From positions 44,948 through 108,947 of the forward strand of contig JAWAZI010000001.1 in assembly GCA_038817835.1 (NCBI GenBank): a stretch of 64,000 bases of DNA, read 5' to 3'. Source of the stretch: Candidatus Pacearchaeota archaeon (GTDB lineage Archaea > Nanobdellota > Nanobdellia > Pacearchaeales > JAPDKA01). The notes under the pieces are model-generated. The model was not told the origin of the DNA. It was given only the letters and a program-made list of their open reading frames with translations, and ran no database searches. Below, one piece after another: positions 35,260 to 44,393 of this stretch. Positions within the stretch are counted from its first letter, which is position 1. Each line of letters opens with the position of its first letter. The translations under genes and the position numbers were made by a program.

Positions 35260-35897
35260 AAATTGATATAAAAAAACTTGAGAATGAACAAATAAAACTT
35301 TCAAAACTTGTTGATAAAAATGATTATACTGATTTTTCTCAAATTCAAAATGCATGTGGAATAGCAGAAATTATAAATGAAAAATATAAGGAAATATTAG
35401 TTGGAATGGTTACTATAGATATAAATAAAAATGAAATAGAAAAAAAATGGCACAAAGATAAAATAAATTTTCCATATATCCCTGGATTTAGAGCTTATAG
35501 AGAGATAAATGCTTTAGTAAAATGTTATGAAAAATTAGAAATAAAACCAGATATTTTTTTTATTAAAGCAAATGGTATATGCCATCCTAGAAAATTTGGT
35601 TTAGCATGTCATTTTGGTTTAGTTACAGATAGTTGTGTTGTTGGCATTTCAGATGAATTATTAAAATTGGAAAAATTAGAAATAGTTAATGATTATATCA
35701 AAATAGATAATGAAATAGTTGGAAAATTCCTTAAAACAGTAGAATTTGCAAATCCTATAATAGTTAGTATTGGTAATAAAATCTCTATAGAAAGTGCACT
35801 TGAAATTACAAAAAGATTTTGTTTTAATAAATATAAGTATCCATATCCATTAATTGCAGCAAAAAAATTTATAAGAAAAATTGCAAAAGAATTATAA
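35256..35897 (+). CDS. nfi: endonuclease V
   Basis: YIPGFRAYREINALV, ANGICHPRKFGLACHFGLV, VVGISD are the conserved EndoV blocks. Confidence 0.85.
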   Translation: MKIDIKKLENEQIKLSKLVDKNDYTDFSQIQNACGIAEIINEKYKEILVGMVTIDINKNEIEKKWHKDKINFPYIPGFRAYREINALVKCYEKLEIKPDIFFIKANGICHPRKFGLACHFGLVTDSCVVGISDELLKLEKLEIVNDYIKIDNEIVGKFLKTVEFANPIIVSIGNKISIESALEITKRFCFNKYKYPYPLIAAKKFIRKIAKEL

Positions 35898-36716
35898 AAT
35901 TTTTCCTTCTAATAAAGGAACAAATGCATAAGTTTCTTGAGTTTTTTTTAATTTTATTTTTTCTTTTTCTTTCTCAAAAATAAAAATTCCACCATAAGTT
36001 TCTGGTGCAATAAGTCTACCATTTTGTTTTAAATTTTTATTAGCCATTTTTCTCACTTTTTCTTCTATATATTTATTCGGTATTCCAGCAGTAAATATTA
36101 TATAATCGAATTTTTTATTATTAGCATAAATAAAACCATCTTCACAAATTAATTTTAGATTTAATCTAATTTTTTTTTCATTCTCGAATTTTTTTATATT
36201 TTTTGTTGCAAAATTAATAAGAGCCTGAATTCTATCTACAGAATATACATTATAATTTTTTTTATATATTTTAAGCAAATATGCTATTAATGCTGCATTC
36301 CATCCACTTCCACTACCAATTTCATATACTTCTATTTTTCCCTTTCTTTTTTCTATACCTTCAAATAAAAGCAATAACATTCTAGCTACAGTTGTTGGTT
36401 GACTTATTGTTTGGTCATGTCCAATAGGTAAAGCAGTATCCATATACACTAAATTTTTATATTCATCCAAAACAAAAAATTTTCTATCAACTATATCCAT
36501 TGACTTTAAAATATTAAAAAGAAGTTTTATTTTATCTATTGTTTTAGTATAAAAAATATTATTAAGATAAACACTTTCTAACATTGCTCTTTTATTATTA
36601 TCTTTTACTTTTTCTATAAATATCATAATTTTATTTTTTATCTCATCTATAGGATTTTTTTCTATTTTTTCTTTATCTATTTTTATTACTCTAGGCCAAT
36701 AAACCTCTTTTTTCAT
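35892..36716 (-). CDS. pcm: protein-L-isoaspartate O-methyltransferase-like
   Basis: GHDQTISQPTTVARMLLLL and EIGSGSGWNAALIAYL (SAM-binding motif I). About 90-aa N-terminal extension. Confidence 0.8.
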   Translation of the reverse strand: MKKEVYWPRVIKIDKEKIEKNPIDEIKNKIMIFIEKVKDNNKRAMLESVYLNNIFYTKTIDKIKLLFNILKSMDIVDRKFFVLDEYKNLVYMDTALPIGHDQTISQPTTVARMLLLLFEGIEKRKGKIEVYEIGSGSGWNAALIAYLLKIYKKNYNVYSVDRIQALINFATKNIKKFENEKKIRLNLKLICEDGFIYANNKKFDYIIFTAGIPNKYIEEKVRKMANKNLKQNGRLIAPETYGGIFIFEKEKEKIKLKKTQETYAFVPLLEGKIL

Positions 36717-36749
36717 AAAAATAAAAAAAATAGAAAAATAAAAATATTT

Positions 36750-38579
36750 CTATTTAGTTTTGTTTATTGTTTTGTTACTTGTATTAATAGCTTCTAAAAT
36801 TTCACTTATTTCCTCAATTTCATTTGTTAAATTTTCTTCTTTTTCTTTTGGCTTAAATAAGTTTTTGAAGAAATTAATTATTTTTTGGAATATTCCCTCT
36901 TTTGGCTTTTCTTTTTCTACTACTTTTTCAATCTCAATTTCTTTTATCTCTATTTTTTCAGCAACTATAACATTTACTGTTTTATTTACTATAATACTAG
37001 TTTCATTTAATCTTATACCTAAAATTAATGTATAATTTCCAGTAGGTGTAGTTAATGATGGTGCTATATAAAGATAAATATTTTCACCTTTTCCTGGTTC
37101 AATTTCAATTGTTGAAGGACTAACACTTGTAAATCTATTTGCATTTCCACTAACTTCAATGAAATATCTTGCATTTTTTATTCCTTTATTTTCAATACCA
37201 ATCACTGCAACATGCGTTTTATCTTTTTCTACTTCGATTTTTTCTTTATCTATTTTTAATTCTGGTTTGAAACAGTCTATATAAGTTAATGTCTCTAAAG
37301 TTAATTTTGCTATTACCATTACTTCAGAATTTTTATCTTTTGCAATTATTTCTATATTATATTCTCCAGGTTTTGTTGAAAGGAAAGGTGTAGCTTCCAA
37401 ATTTAATATTGCTGATTCATTTGGTTTCAATCTTACTGAATTATTATATAATTTAATCCATTCTGGGGCCTTTGCTATTATTTCATAGTCTCCTTCTATT
37501 TCACCTTTATTTTCTAATTTTAGTTTATATTCATTAACTAACCCATTACATATTTTATCTTTCTCTTTATCAATCAAAAATTTAAATTCTGCTTTATGGC
37601 ATTCTTTAATTTTTACTTTTATTTTTTCTTTTGCTAATATTTTTCCTTTCTCTGATAAAGTTTCTATTTCTAGATCATATTCTCCTTCCTTTTCTCCAAA
37701 CTTTGGATTTAAATAAATACTTATATTTCTTTTTTCTTTTGCATTTAAAGATAATCTATTCAATTCTATATTTGCAAAGTTTGGAGCTTTGAAGTTTATC
37801 TCATAAAAGTTTGCATCAATCCCTTTATTTTCTATATAAATTTTTGCAATTTCTTTTTTTCCATCACATATTTCATAAAAATTTTTTTCTGCTAAAATAG
37901 TATAACTGAAACAATTTTTTACTTTTATTTTTCCTATTTGAGTTGCTAAAGCATTGCTATCTAAAGAACTAACTTTTAAAGTATAACTATATTCTCCCTC
38001 GTTCTCTTCACAACTTGGATTAAATGTAATTATTATATCTTTTTCTTCATCTGGATTTAATTGAATTAAATCAGTCCCTAATTTTGCAAATCTTGCAGCT
38101 TCACCACTAATTTCTATTTTATATCTTTCTTTATATAATCCATTATTTTTTATTCTAGCTTTTGCACTAATGCTTTCACAAGCACAAACTTCTTTAGACT
38201 CAAGAGTTACTATAACTTTATTACAATTCTCAACTATTATATCATGTCTTATTTGCTTTGTTTCATAGCCATTAGATATTGTAACTAATATATTATAATT
38301 TCCTGGCAAAACATTGCTTGATGGGGTTATATATAAATAAAAACTTCTTACTTGACCTTGTGCTAAATAAAATGATGATGGCAATATAGTTGCAAAACTT
38401 GATGCAGTTCCTGCAACTACTGCTTCATAACTAGCAGATTTATCTGCACTAACTTTTTCTTCTATAACTATTGTAGAAGATGGACATACAACATTTGTTA
38501 TTACATTACTTTCAATACTAAAACTTTTTACCAATGGCAAAAGTAATACTATAAATAACAATATCAGTTTACTTTTCAT
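36750..38579 (-). CDS. secreted surface protein with about 5 tandem ~95-aa Ig-like (CARDB/NEW3-like) repeats
   Basis: Signal peptide MKSKLILLFIVLLLPLVKS. Recurring module C..(x)..C...N.G.....Y.I......(W/F)..L......L.P.E......(L/I).P......GEY...(I/L). C-terminal N-x-T sequons. Confidence 0.7.
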   Translation of the reverse strand: MKSKLILLFIVLLLPLVKSFSIESNVITNVVCPSSTIVIEEKVSADKSASYEAVVAGTASSFATILPSSFYLAQGQVRSFYLYITPSSNVLPGNYNILVTISNGYETKQIRHDIIVENCNKVIVTLESKEVCACESISAKARIKNNGLYKERYKIEISGEAARFAKLGTDLIQLNPDEEKDIIITFNPSCEENEGEYSYTLKVSSLDSNALATQIGKIKVKNCFSYTILAEKNFYEICDGKKEIAKIYIENKGIDANFYEINFKAPNFANIELNRLSLNAKEKRNISIYLNPKFGEKEGEYDLEIETLSEKGKILAKEKIKVKIKECHKAEFKFLIDKEKDKICNGLVNEYKLKLENKGEIEGDYEIIAKAPEWIKLYNNSVRLKPNESAILNLEATPFLSTKPGEYNIEIIAKDKNSEVMVIAKLTLETLTYIDCFKPELKIDKEKIEVEKDKTHVAVIGIENKGIKNARYFIEVSGNANRFTSVSPSTIEIEPGKGENIYLYIAPSLTTPTGNYTLILGIRLNETSIIVNKTVNVIVAEKIEIKEIEIEKVVEKEKPKEGIFQKIINFFKNLFKPKEKEENLTNEIEEISEILEAINTSNKTINKTK

Positions 38580-38698
38580 TTTTCATATATTATTGAATTT
38601 TCTGTTATCACTTAAAAAGTTTAATGATATTTAAATTTTTTTCTTAAATTTTACCACCTATATTAAATAAAAATAAAAAAAGAAAAAAATTTAAAAAA

Positions 38699-39967
38699 TT
38701 AGTAGTAAATTTCTTCTGGTTTTTCTTCACTTTCTTTTCTTTTTACTAACATTACTATCAATGTAATAAGCAAAGCTAATGCTATTATTGCTAATATTGC
38801 TATTATTATCCAAATCCATATATTCTCTCTAATTACTTTTTTAGCTTCAACTTCTGCAATTAAAGTTTGAGTAGCTATTATATTACCATTACTTATTGCT
38901 TGAACACTGAATATATGACTTCCTTCTAAAGCTTTTTCATCAACATTTAATGTTAATATTACTGATTGACTTGATTTTGGAGCAAGAGAAATTATTGGTT
39001 TATCAAAGTTAGCTGTAGCCCATCCTGTTAATCCTTCAACTTTAAACTCTAGATTAACTAAATTATCTCCTAAATTTGTTAAAACAATTGTATATTCTAC
39101 TTTATCTCCTGCATTAACTTTTTTTGTTTTTTCTATAGCAACTATATTAACAATTTCTTTTTCTTCTTTTTCATCCTTTGTTTCTTTTACTCCAATAACT
39201 TCAAAAATTTTAGATGTTTCTTTACTAACATCATCATTGTAAGCTTTAACTATCAATGTATATGTTCCTGTTTTTGCTGATTTTGGAATATCAAAATTAA
39301 TGTTTACAACTTTTGTATCTCTTTCAGTATTATCTGCATAATCATATGGATATATATCTCCTATGTATATTGTTTTTACCATATTTAATTCTGGAATCTC
39401 TGCTTTTACATATACATCCTCTAATTTATGACTTCCTCTATTTTTTATTACTGCAATAGCATTTAATCTTTCTCCAGCATTAACTACTGTTGGTAAAGCC
39501 AAATCTAAACTCAATATCTCAACATTATAATTTTGTCTCTGTATAGCTAATCTATATGTTTTATAACTTTCTCCTGGAACTTGTTGATTACTTGTAATCA
39601 TTACATGTAATGTATATATTCCTTCTTCCATGTCATTAGGCAAGTTTAAAAATAATGATTTACTATACATTCTTCCTGGATAAATATCAAATCTTTCTGT
39701 TTCTGCTTTTATTTCTTTTCTATATCCATCAATCCATGCTTTCACTTTTACTTCTGTTGGATATGATGGAATCCAAGATGTAGTTTCAAATAATACTCTA
39801 ACACTTAATAATGTTCCTCTTTCAACACTAAAAGTATCTCCTTCACTAACATAATGTCCATTCAAATAAACTTCCATCCAACTTATACTTGTTGCACTTG
39901 CTAGATTTATCATAGCAAATACTGAAACTATTACTAAAGCTATCAAGCTTAGCAATTTGCCTTTCAT
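38699..39967 (-). CDS. surface (S-layer-like) protein with signal peptide, Ig-like repeats and C-terminal TM anchor
   Basis: Signal MKGKLLSLIALVIVSVFAMINLASA. CARDB-like blocks (VIKNRGSHKLEDVYVKAEIPEL, GTYTLIVKAYN). C-terminal TM IWIWIIIAILAIIALALLITLIVMLV plus a charged tail. Confidence 0.7.
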   Translation of the reverse strand: MKGKLLSLIALVIVSVFAMINLASATSISWMEVYLNGHYVSEGDTFSVERGTLLSVRVLFETTSWIPSYPTEVKVKAWIDGYRKEIKAETERFDIYPGRMYSKSLFLNLPNDMEEGIYTLHVMITSNQQVPGESYKTYRLAIQRQNYNVEILSLDLALPTVVNAGERLNAIAVIKNRGSHKLEDVYVKAEIPELNMVKTIYIGDIYPYDYADNTERDTKVVNINFDIPKSAKTGTYTLIVKAYNDDVSKETSKIFEVIGVKETKDEKEEKEIVNIVAIEKTKKVNAGDKVEYTIVLTNLGDNLVNLEFKVEGLTGWATANFDKPIISLAPKSSQSVILTLNVDEKALEGSHIFSVQAISNGNIIATQTLIAEVEAKKVIRENIWIWIIIAILAIIALALLITLIVMLVKRKESEEKPEEIYY

Positions 39968-40074
39968 TTTAAATTTAGTTTTTTATTTAGTTACTATTTT
40001 AAAGTTGTTACTCTTTTTAAATTTTTCTATTGTTGTATCTTAAAAGTTAAAAAATAGTACTTTATAAAAATATG

Positions 40075-40605
40075 TTACTTAAAATTGGGGATAAAAATAC
40101 TCTTATTATAAGTTATAAACTTTATTAATTTAATAGTAATATTTTTAGAAATAATCAATTTTTGTTCCATTAGTTCATTGCTTCCTGGTTTTGTTCCTTT
40201 CTCATAAACATTAATATTATAATCTCCTACAGGAACATTTTGAAGTTTTGCTTCTATCTCAGAAAAGCATATACATCTACAACCAACACCACTCCAAACT
40301 TCATAAATATTTATGACTGAATTTTCTATTTCTTTATAAATTTCTACTTTTCTACAACAAAGATGATTAATAGATCTAGAATATCTTATTTCATTACCAA
40401 AAACTTCTATATTTGGTTCTTTTTCAATATTAATTGATTTAGTTGCCATTCCTCTATCTGTTTCGGCACATCCTTTCACTGAATAAGAAAAAGCAATATT
40501 TTGGTTTGAATATATTATATTTTTTTGATTTTGAAAAAAATAAATTCCTATTATTCCAATAATTATAACTATAAAAATTAGTGTAAGCATAATTTTATTT
40601 TTCAT
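40075..40605 (-). CDS. membrane-anchored Cys-containing hypothetical protein
   Basis: N-terminal TM (MLTLIFIVIIIGIIGIYFF), then a beta-rich domain with HLCCRK and GVGCRCICF. No family recognised. Confidence 0.5.
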   Translation of the reverse strand: MKNKIMLTLIFIVIIIGIIGIYFFQNQKNIIYSNQNIAFSYSVKGCAETDRGMATKSINIEKEPNIEVFGNEIRYSRSINHLCCRKVEIYKEIENSVINIYEVWSGVGCRCICFSEIEAKLQNVPVGDYNINVYEKGTKPGSNELMEQKLIISKNITIKLIKFITYNKSIFIPNFK

Positions 40606-40675
40606 AAAATGAAGTTACAAAATTATCTATTTAAATATTTGGTTAAAATATAGCAATCAAATAAACAATATATAT

Positions 40676-40746
40676 TGGGCCTGCTGGGATTCGAACCCAG
40701 ATCACTGCCATGTGAAGGCAGTGTCATGCCATTAGACCACAGGCCC
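40676..40746 (-). tRNA. tRNA-Val (anticodon CAC)
   Basis: Reverse complement folds. Acceptor GGGCCTG/CAGGCCC. Anticodon arm CTGCC-TTCACAT-GGCAG. T-arm CTGGG-TTCGAAT-CCCAG. Confidence 0.9.
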
Positions 40747-40758
40747 TCAAAAAAGATT

Positions 40759-41466
40759 TTATTCTTGCCATATAATAATATTTCCTCTCCCTCTTTTTAT
40801 TTTTTTAACTTTTCCTTCTTCTTCAAGTTCTGTAATTAATAAACTTAGTTTAGCTTCAGAAACATTTAATCTTTTTCTTAAATCTTTTTGTAATATTCTT
40901 CTTTCTTTCTCAAGTATTTTTATAACTTCCTCTTTAAATTTATCTGGGGAAATAAAAATCATCTTTTTTTCCTTTTCTTTTTTTTCTTTTATTTTTTTTC
41001 TATAATGTTTAAAAATAAAGAAAAAAGAAAGTATAATCAGTAATATTATAACTAAAATTAATATTAAAAATTTAAAATTAAATTGCTCTTTTTTCTTTGC
41101 TATCATTAAATCTAAAATTTCGTTAATTTCAGTATCATTAAAAAATATATCATCAACTTCCATTAATATCAAATCAATTTTATAATTTCCTTCATTCTTT
41201 ATTTCTATTATTTCTCTATCATAATAAAAACCTTCTTCATCTTTATAATAAGCCTCTATAACATAAACTCCTAAAGGAACCTCAAAACTATAACTACCAT
41301 TTGTTAGTTGTTTTTGTAAAGGAGTGGAATTTATCATTACAAATGCTCCAATTTTCTCTAACTTAAAATCATAAATATTTCCATAAATAGTTGCAGATTT
41401 TACTAATGGAGAAAATAAAATTAAAAATAAAAGAGAGAAAAATAAAATTAAAAACATGGGCCTCAT
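40759..41466 (-). CDS. single-pass membrane protein: extracellular CarboxypepD_reg-like beta-sandwich, TM, cytoplasmic winged-helix DNA-binding-like domain
   Basis: Signal peptide. TIYGNIYD...GSYSFEVPLGVYVIEAYY pattern. TM FLILILVIILLIILSFFFIF. C-terminal ILEKERRILQKDLRKRLNVSEAKLSLLITELEEEGKVKKIKRGRGNII is wHTH-like. Confidence 0.6.
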   Translation of the reverse strand: MRPMFLILFFSLLFLILFSPLVKSATIYGNIYDFKLEKIGAFVMINSTPLQKQLTNGSYSFEVPLGVYVIEAYYKDEEGFYYDREIIEIKNEGNYKIDLILMEVDDIFFNDTEINEILDLMIAKKKEQFNFKFLILILVIILLIILSFFFIFKHYRKKIKEKKEKEKKMIFISPDKFKEEVIKILEKERRILQKDLRKRLNVSEAKLSLLITELEEEGKVKKIKRGRGNIIIWQE

Positions 41467-41632
41467 CTATTTATTATTATTTTTAATTTTAAAAATTTTC
41501 TTTATCAAATTTTTATTATTTAAAGCTTAAAATTAAAAAATTTAATCAAGAAAAAAAAGTTTATTTATAAATAAAAAAATTCAATATAAATTATAGAAAA
41601 TAAAAATAAATAAATAAAAAATAAAAGTAAAA

Positions 41633-42472
41633 ATGATAAAGAAAATTTTAGTTTGGATTGTTTTAGCAATATTTGCAATTGCAAGTATTGCTAGTGTATA
41701 TGCACAACAATATAGAGAACAGGAACGATTAAGAGAACAATTAAGAGAAATAAAAACAGAGTTAACAAAATGTATTAATAATGAAAGTACATATTGTAAA
41801 GAAGTAAGAACAAGAGCATATGAAATTGTAAAAGAGAGATTTTGTAATGGAATTAATATAGCAATTGAAAGAATAGAAAAAATAAAAAAAGATATTGATA
41901 AACAAAAAGATTTGGATGAAGAAGAAAAAAATATAATAAAAGAACAACTTAATGAAACAATAGAAGTTTTGAAAAAACAAAAAGAAAATTGTGAAAAAGC
42001 TGATACACCACAAAAATTAAAACAAATTTTAGAGGAACATAAAAGAATAAGAGAACAATTTAGAGAAAGGGAAAGATTTGGTCTAGAAAAAGTAAGGGAG
42101 AGAAGAATTGGCTTAATAATAGTTAAAGCTGAAAAATTGGTAGATAAACTTTATAGATTTTTAGAAAAATATAATGTTAGTGATCCAGAATTAGAAAAAT
42201 TAATAGAAAATTTCAAAGAAAAAATAGAACTAGCAAATAAAAGTAGACAAGAAGCAATTACTCTATGGGAAGAATTACATAAAAAAATAAAAAACAAAGA
42301 AGTAAATAGTACAGAAATAAGAGAAACTGTTAGAGAAATACATGAAAAATTGGATGAAGCAAAAAACTATCTAGAAGAAGCAAAAAGAATTTTGAAAGAA
42401 ATAATATTTAAAATAAAAGGGATCGAGCGAGAAGAAACTGAGAATAAAACAATAGAAAATAAAACTTCATAA
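41633..42472 (+). CDS. secreted coiled-coil protein
   Basis: Signal peptide (ILVWIVLAIFAIASIASVYAQQ), then about 250 aa of E/K/R-rich heptad-like sequence. Confidence 0.55.
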   Translation: MIKKILVWIVLAIFAIASIASVYAQQYREQERLREQLREIKTELTKCINNESTYCKEVRTRAYEIVKERFCNGINIAIERIEKIKKDIDKQKDLDEEEKNIIKEQLNETIEVLKKQKENCEKADTPQKLKQILEEHKRIREQFRERERFGLEKVRERRIGLIIVKAEKLVDKLYRFLEKYNVSDPELEKLIENFKEKIELANKSRQEAITLWEELHKKIKNKEVNSTEIRETVREIHEKLDEAKNYLEEAKRILKEIIFKIKGIEREETENKTIENKTS

Positions 42473-42474
42473 AA

Positions 42475-42681
42475 ATGAGAAAAGCAATATTTTTTTTATT
42501 TTTTTTATTTATAATTATAGCAGTTATCTTTGTAGGTTGCAAAAAAGCAGAAACCGATTGGGACAAAGATTTTGAGGAGATTGAAAAAGATTTACAAAAT
42601 TTAGAAGTAAATATAAGCGAATCAGAAATAACTACAGATACATCATTTGAGGAAATTGATAATTTAATCTCTCAAACTTAA
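42475..42681 (+). CDS. small acidic putative lipoprotein (lipobox-like FVGC)
   Basis: MRKAIFFLFFLFIIIAVIFVGCKKAE is a signal ending in G-C, followed by KK as in the 804-1118 ORF. Confidence 0.5.
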   Translation: MRKAIFFLFFLFIIIAVIFVGCKKAETDWDKDFEEIEKDLQNLEVNISESEITTDTSFEEIDNLISQT

Positions 42682-43218
42682 ATTTATTATTTTTTTTATT
42701 TTTTTATAAAATTCCCTTTTACTTTTATCATTAAAAATTTTATAATCTGCATATTTTTTTGTTATATTAAATCTAAATATCTTTTTTTCTTCTTTTTCTT
42801 TTTTTAAAAATTCTTCAAAGCTTAAATTTTTCTCATAGCTTCTTCCTCTTTTAATTGTTCTTTTCCATCTCAAAATTATTGGAGCGTCAACAAATATTAT
42901 TTTTGCATTAAATTTTTTCTTAAGCATTAAAGCATCTTCTGGATTTCTCAATCCATCAACAACCCATCTTCCATATTTAGATTTTTCAATTTTATCAATA
43001 ACTTTATTTATAAAATAATATTTATTTTTCTTTCTTAATTTTGCTTGTAAATTATGCAAATTCTCTCTTGTTGCTTTAATTTTTCTTTTTCTTGCTTCTG
43101 CTCTCACTAAATTTCCCATAACTATGCTTCTAAAATTATAATTATCAACTAAAAATTTTGCTAATGTTCCTTTACCACTTCCAATAGTTCCAATAATACC
43201 AATAACTATCTTTTTCAT
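42664..43218 (-). CDS. P-loop nucleotide/nucleoside kinase family protein
   Basis: Walker A GIIGTIGSGKGT. Shares the KxKIKxTRENL block with the kinase domain of the 23199-24203 fusion. Confidence 0.7.
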   Translation of the reverse strand: MKKIVIGIIGTIGSGKGTLAKFLVDNYNFRSIVMGNLVRAEARKRKIKATRENLHNLQAKLRKKNKYYFINKVIDKIEKSKYGRWVVDGLRNPEDALMLKKKFNAKIIFVDAPIILRWKRTIKRGRSYEKNLSFEEFLKKEKEEKKIFRFNITKKYADYKIFNDKSKREFYKKIKKIINLSLRD

Positions 43219-43251
43219 AAAAAAGAAAAAAATTTGAATTTAAAAATAAAA

Positions 43252-43503
43252 TTATTCAACTATTTTGTAAACAATGTCTCCTTCTCTTACCTTATCTTTA
43301 ACTTTCAAACCAATTTCTTCTCCAGATTTAGCTTCATTAATTGGTTTATGATTTATTTGCATACTTTCTACTTTCTGAGTAAAATCTGTTGTATGTCCTT
43401 TTATATGTATCTTATCTCCTTTTTTTATATTATCCTTTAGCTCAACTACAGCTACACCAATTTTACTAAAATAATGTACAACCTTACCAATTTCAATTTC
43501 CAT
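43252..43503 (-). CDS. small beta-barrel protein, translation elongation factor domain-2-like
   Basis: 83 aa. IGKVVHYFSKIGVAVVELKDNIKKGDKIHIKG...GEEIGLKVKDKVREGDIVYK is an EF-Tu domain II-like pattern. Confidence 0.6.
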   Translation of the reverse strand: MEIEIGKVVHYFSKIGVAVVELKDNIKKGDKIHIKGHTTDFTQKVESMQINHKPINEAKSGEEIGLKVKDKVREGDIVYKIVE

Positions 43504-43634
43504 AAAATCAGAAAAATTCTTAATATTTAAAATTTATGGTATGTAAAGTAATATTATTTTTATCTTATTTTTTATTGCATGATAAAGATAAAAAAATAAT
43601 TAAAGCAAAAATAGGAGGAATAGTTAGAGGTTGG

Positions 43635-43808
43635 AAAATACTAAAAAACTTATTTCAAAAAATTTGTTTTTTTCAAATTTTTCTTTAAATTTTTTTATTT
43701 TTTTCGATTAAAATATAATGTTTAAGAAAATATTATGCCCCGGCCGAGATTCGAACTCGGGTCTCAGGCTCGAAAGGCCTGTATGCTTGGCCGCTACACC
43801 ACCGGGGC
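43635..43808 (-). repeat. copy B of duplicated tRNA-Glu segment (has a ~29-nt insertion in the flank)
   Basis: Same flank blocks as 30754-30825 plus an extra aatttgtttttttcaaatttttctttaaa. The tRNA body is identical except for the anticodon arm. Confidence 0.8.
43736..43808 (-). tRNA. tRNA-Glu (anticodon TTC)
   Basis: Body is identical to the 30826-30898 gene outside the anticodon arm region, which here reads CAGGC-CTTTCGA-GCCTG. Confidence 0.9.
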
Positions 43809-43828
43809 ATAAAATAGATAATGAATAT

Positions 43829-44392
43829 TTATTTTTTAAATTTTTTATTTATTTTTCTCAAACAAAAAAAGGTAAAAAATAAAACAAAAGAAAAAACCGA
43901 AGATAAAATATAAGATAAAATAAAAAATTTTTGTGGAAAAATTTTTATTAATAAATTTGAAGAAGGAAAAGAATAATTTCTTACAAAAAATATCTTATGG
44001 AATATCTCAAAACAAAAATCAAAATTTAATAAAGAAAAAAGAAAAAATAAAATAAAAATTATTAATAAAATAAAAAATAATTTTTCATTTATTTCTGCAA
44101 GAAAAAATAAAATTAAAGAAATAAATAAGCATAAAAAATAAAAAATTCTCAAAGAATTTAAAAAATTCTTTACATCAATCAAATGAGAAATTTCTTCTTT
44201 TGTTAATCCAAATTTTGAAAGATAATCACAATCATAATTACTACTAATACAAAAAAATATATTTTTTAATAGTTCATCATCCTTCTCGGATATAAATTTA
44301 ACAAAAATATATGAAAAATTAAAAGTTGTTAATAAAATATAAGGAGTTAATAAAATAACAAAAAATAAGAAAATAGTATAAATATACGAAAA
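43829..44392 (-). CDS. polytopic membrane protein, possible DUF1461/Lit-like; start codon unresolved
   Basis: The track ORF (to 44509) translates through the tRNA-Ile gene, so its first ~39 codons are spurious. Downstream of the tRNA there is no in-frame ATG/GTG/TTG before the first TM. FGLTKEEISHLIDVKNF resembles the E..H..DVK block I associate with DUF1461. Confidence 0.45.
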   Translation of the reverse strand, partial: FSYIYTIFLFFVILLTPYILLTTFNFSYIFVKFISEKDDELLKNIFFCISSNYDCDYLSKFGLTKEEISHLIDVKNFLNSLRIFYFLCLFISLILFFLAEINEKLFFILLIIFILFFLFSLLNFDFCFEIFHKIFFVRNYSFPSSNLLIKIFPQKFFILSYILSSVFSFVLFFTFFCLRKINKKFKK

Positions 44393-44393
44393 G

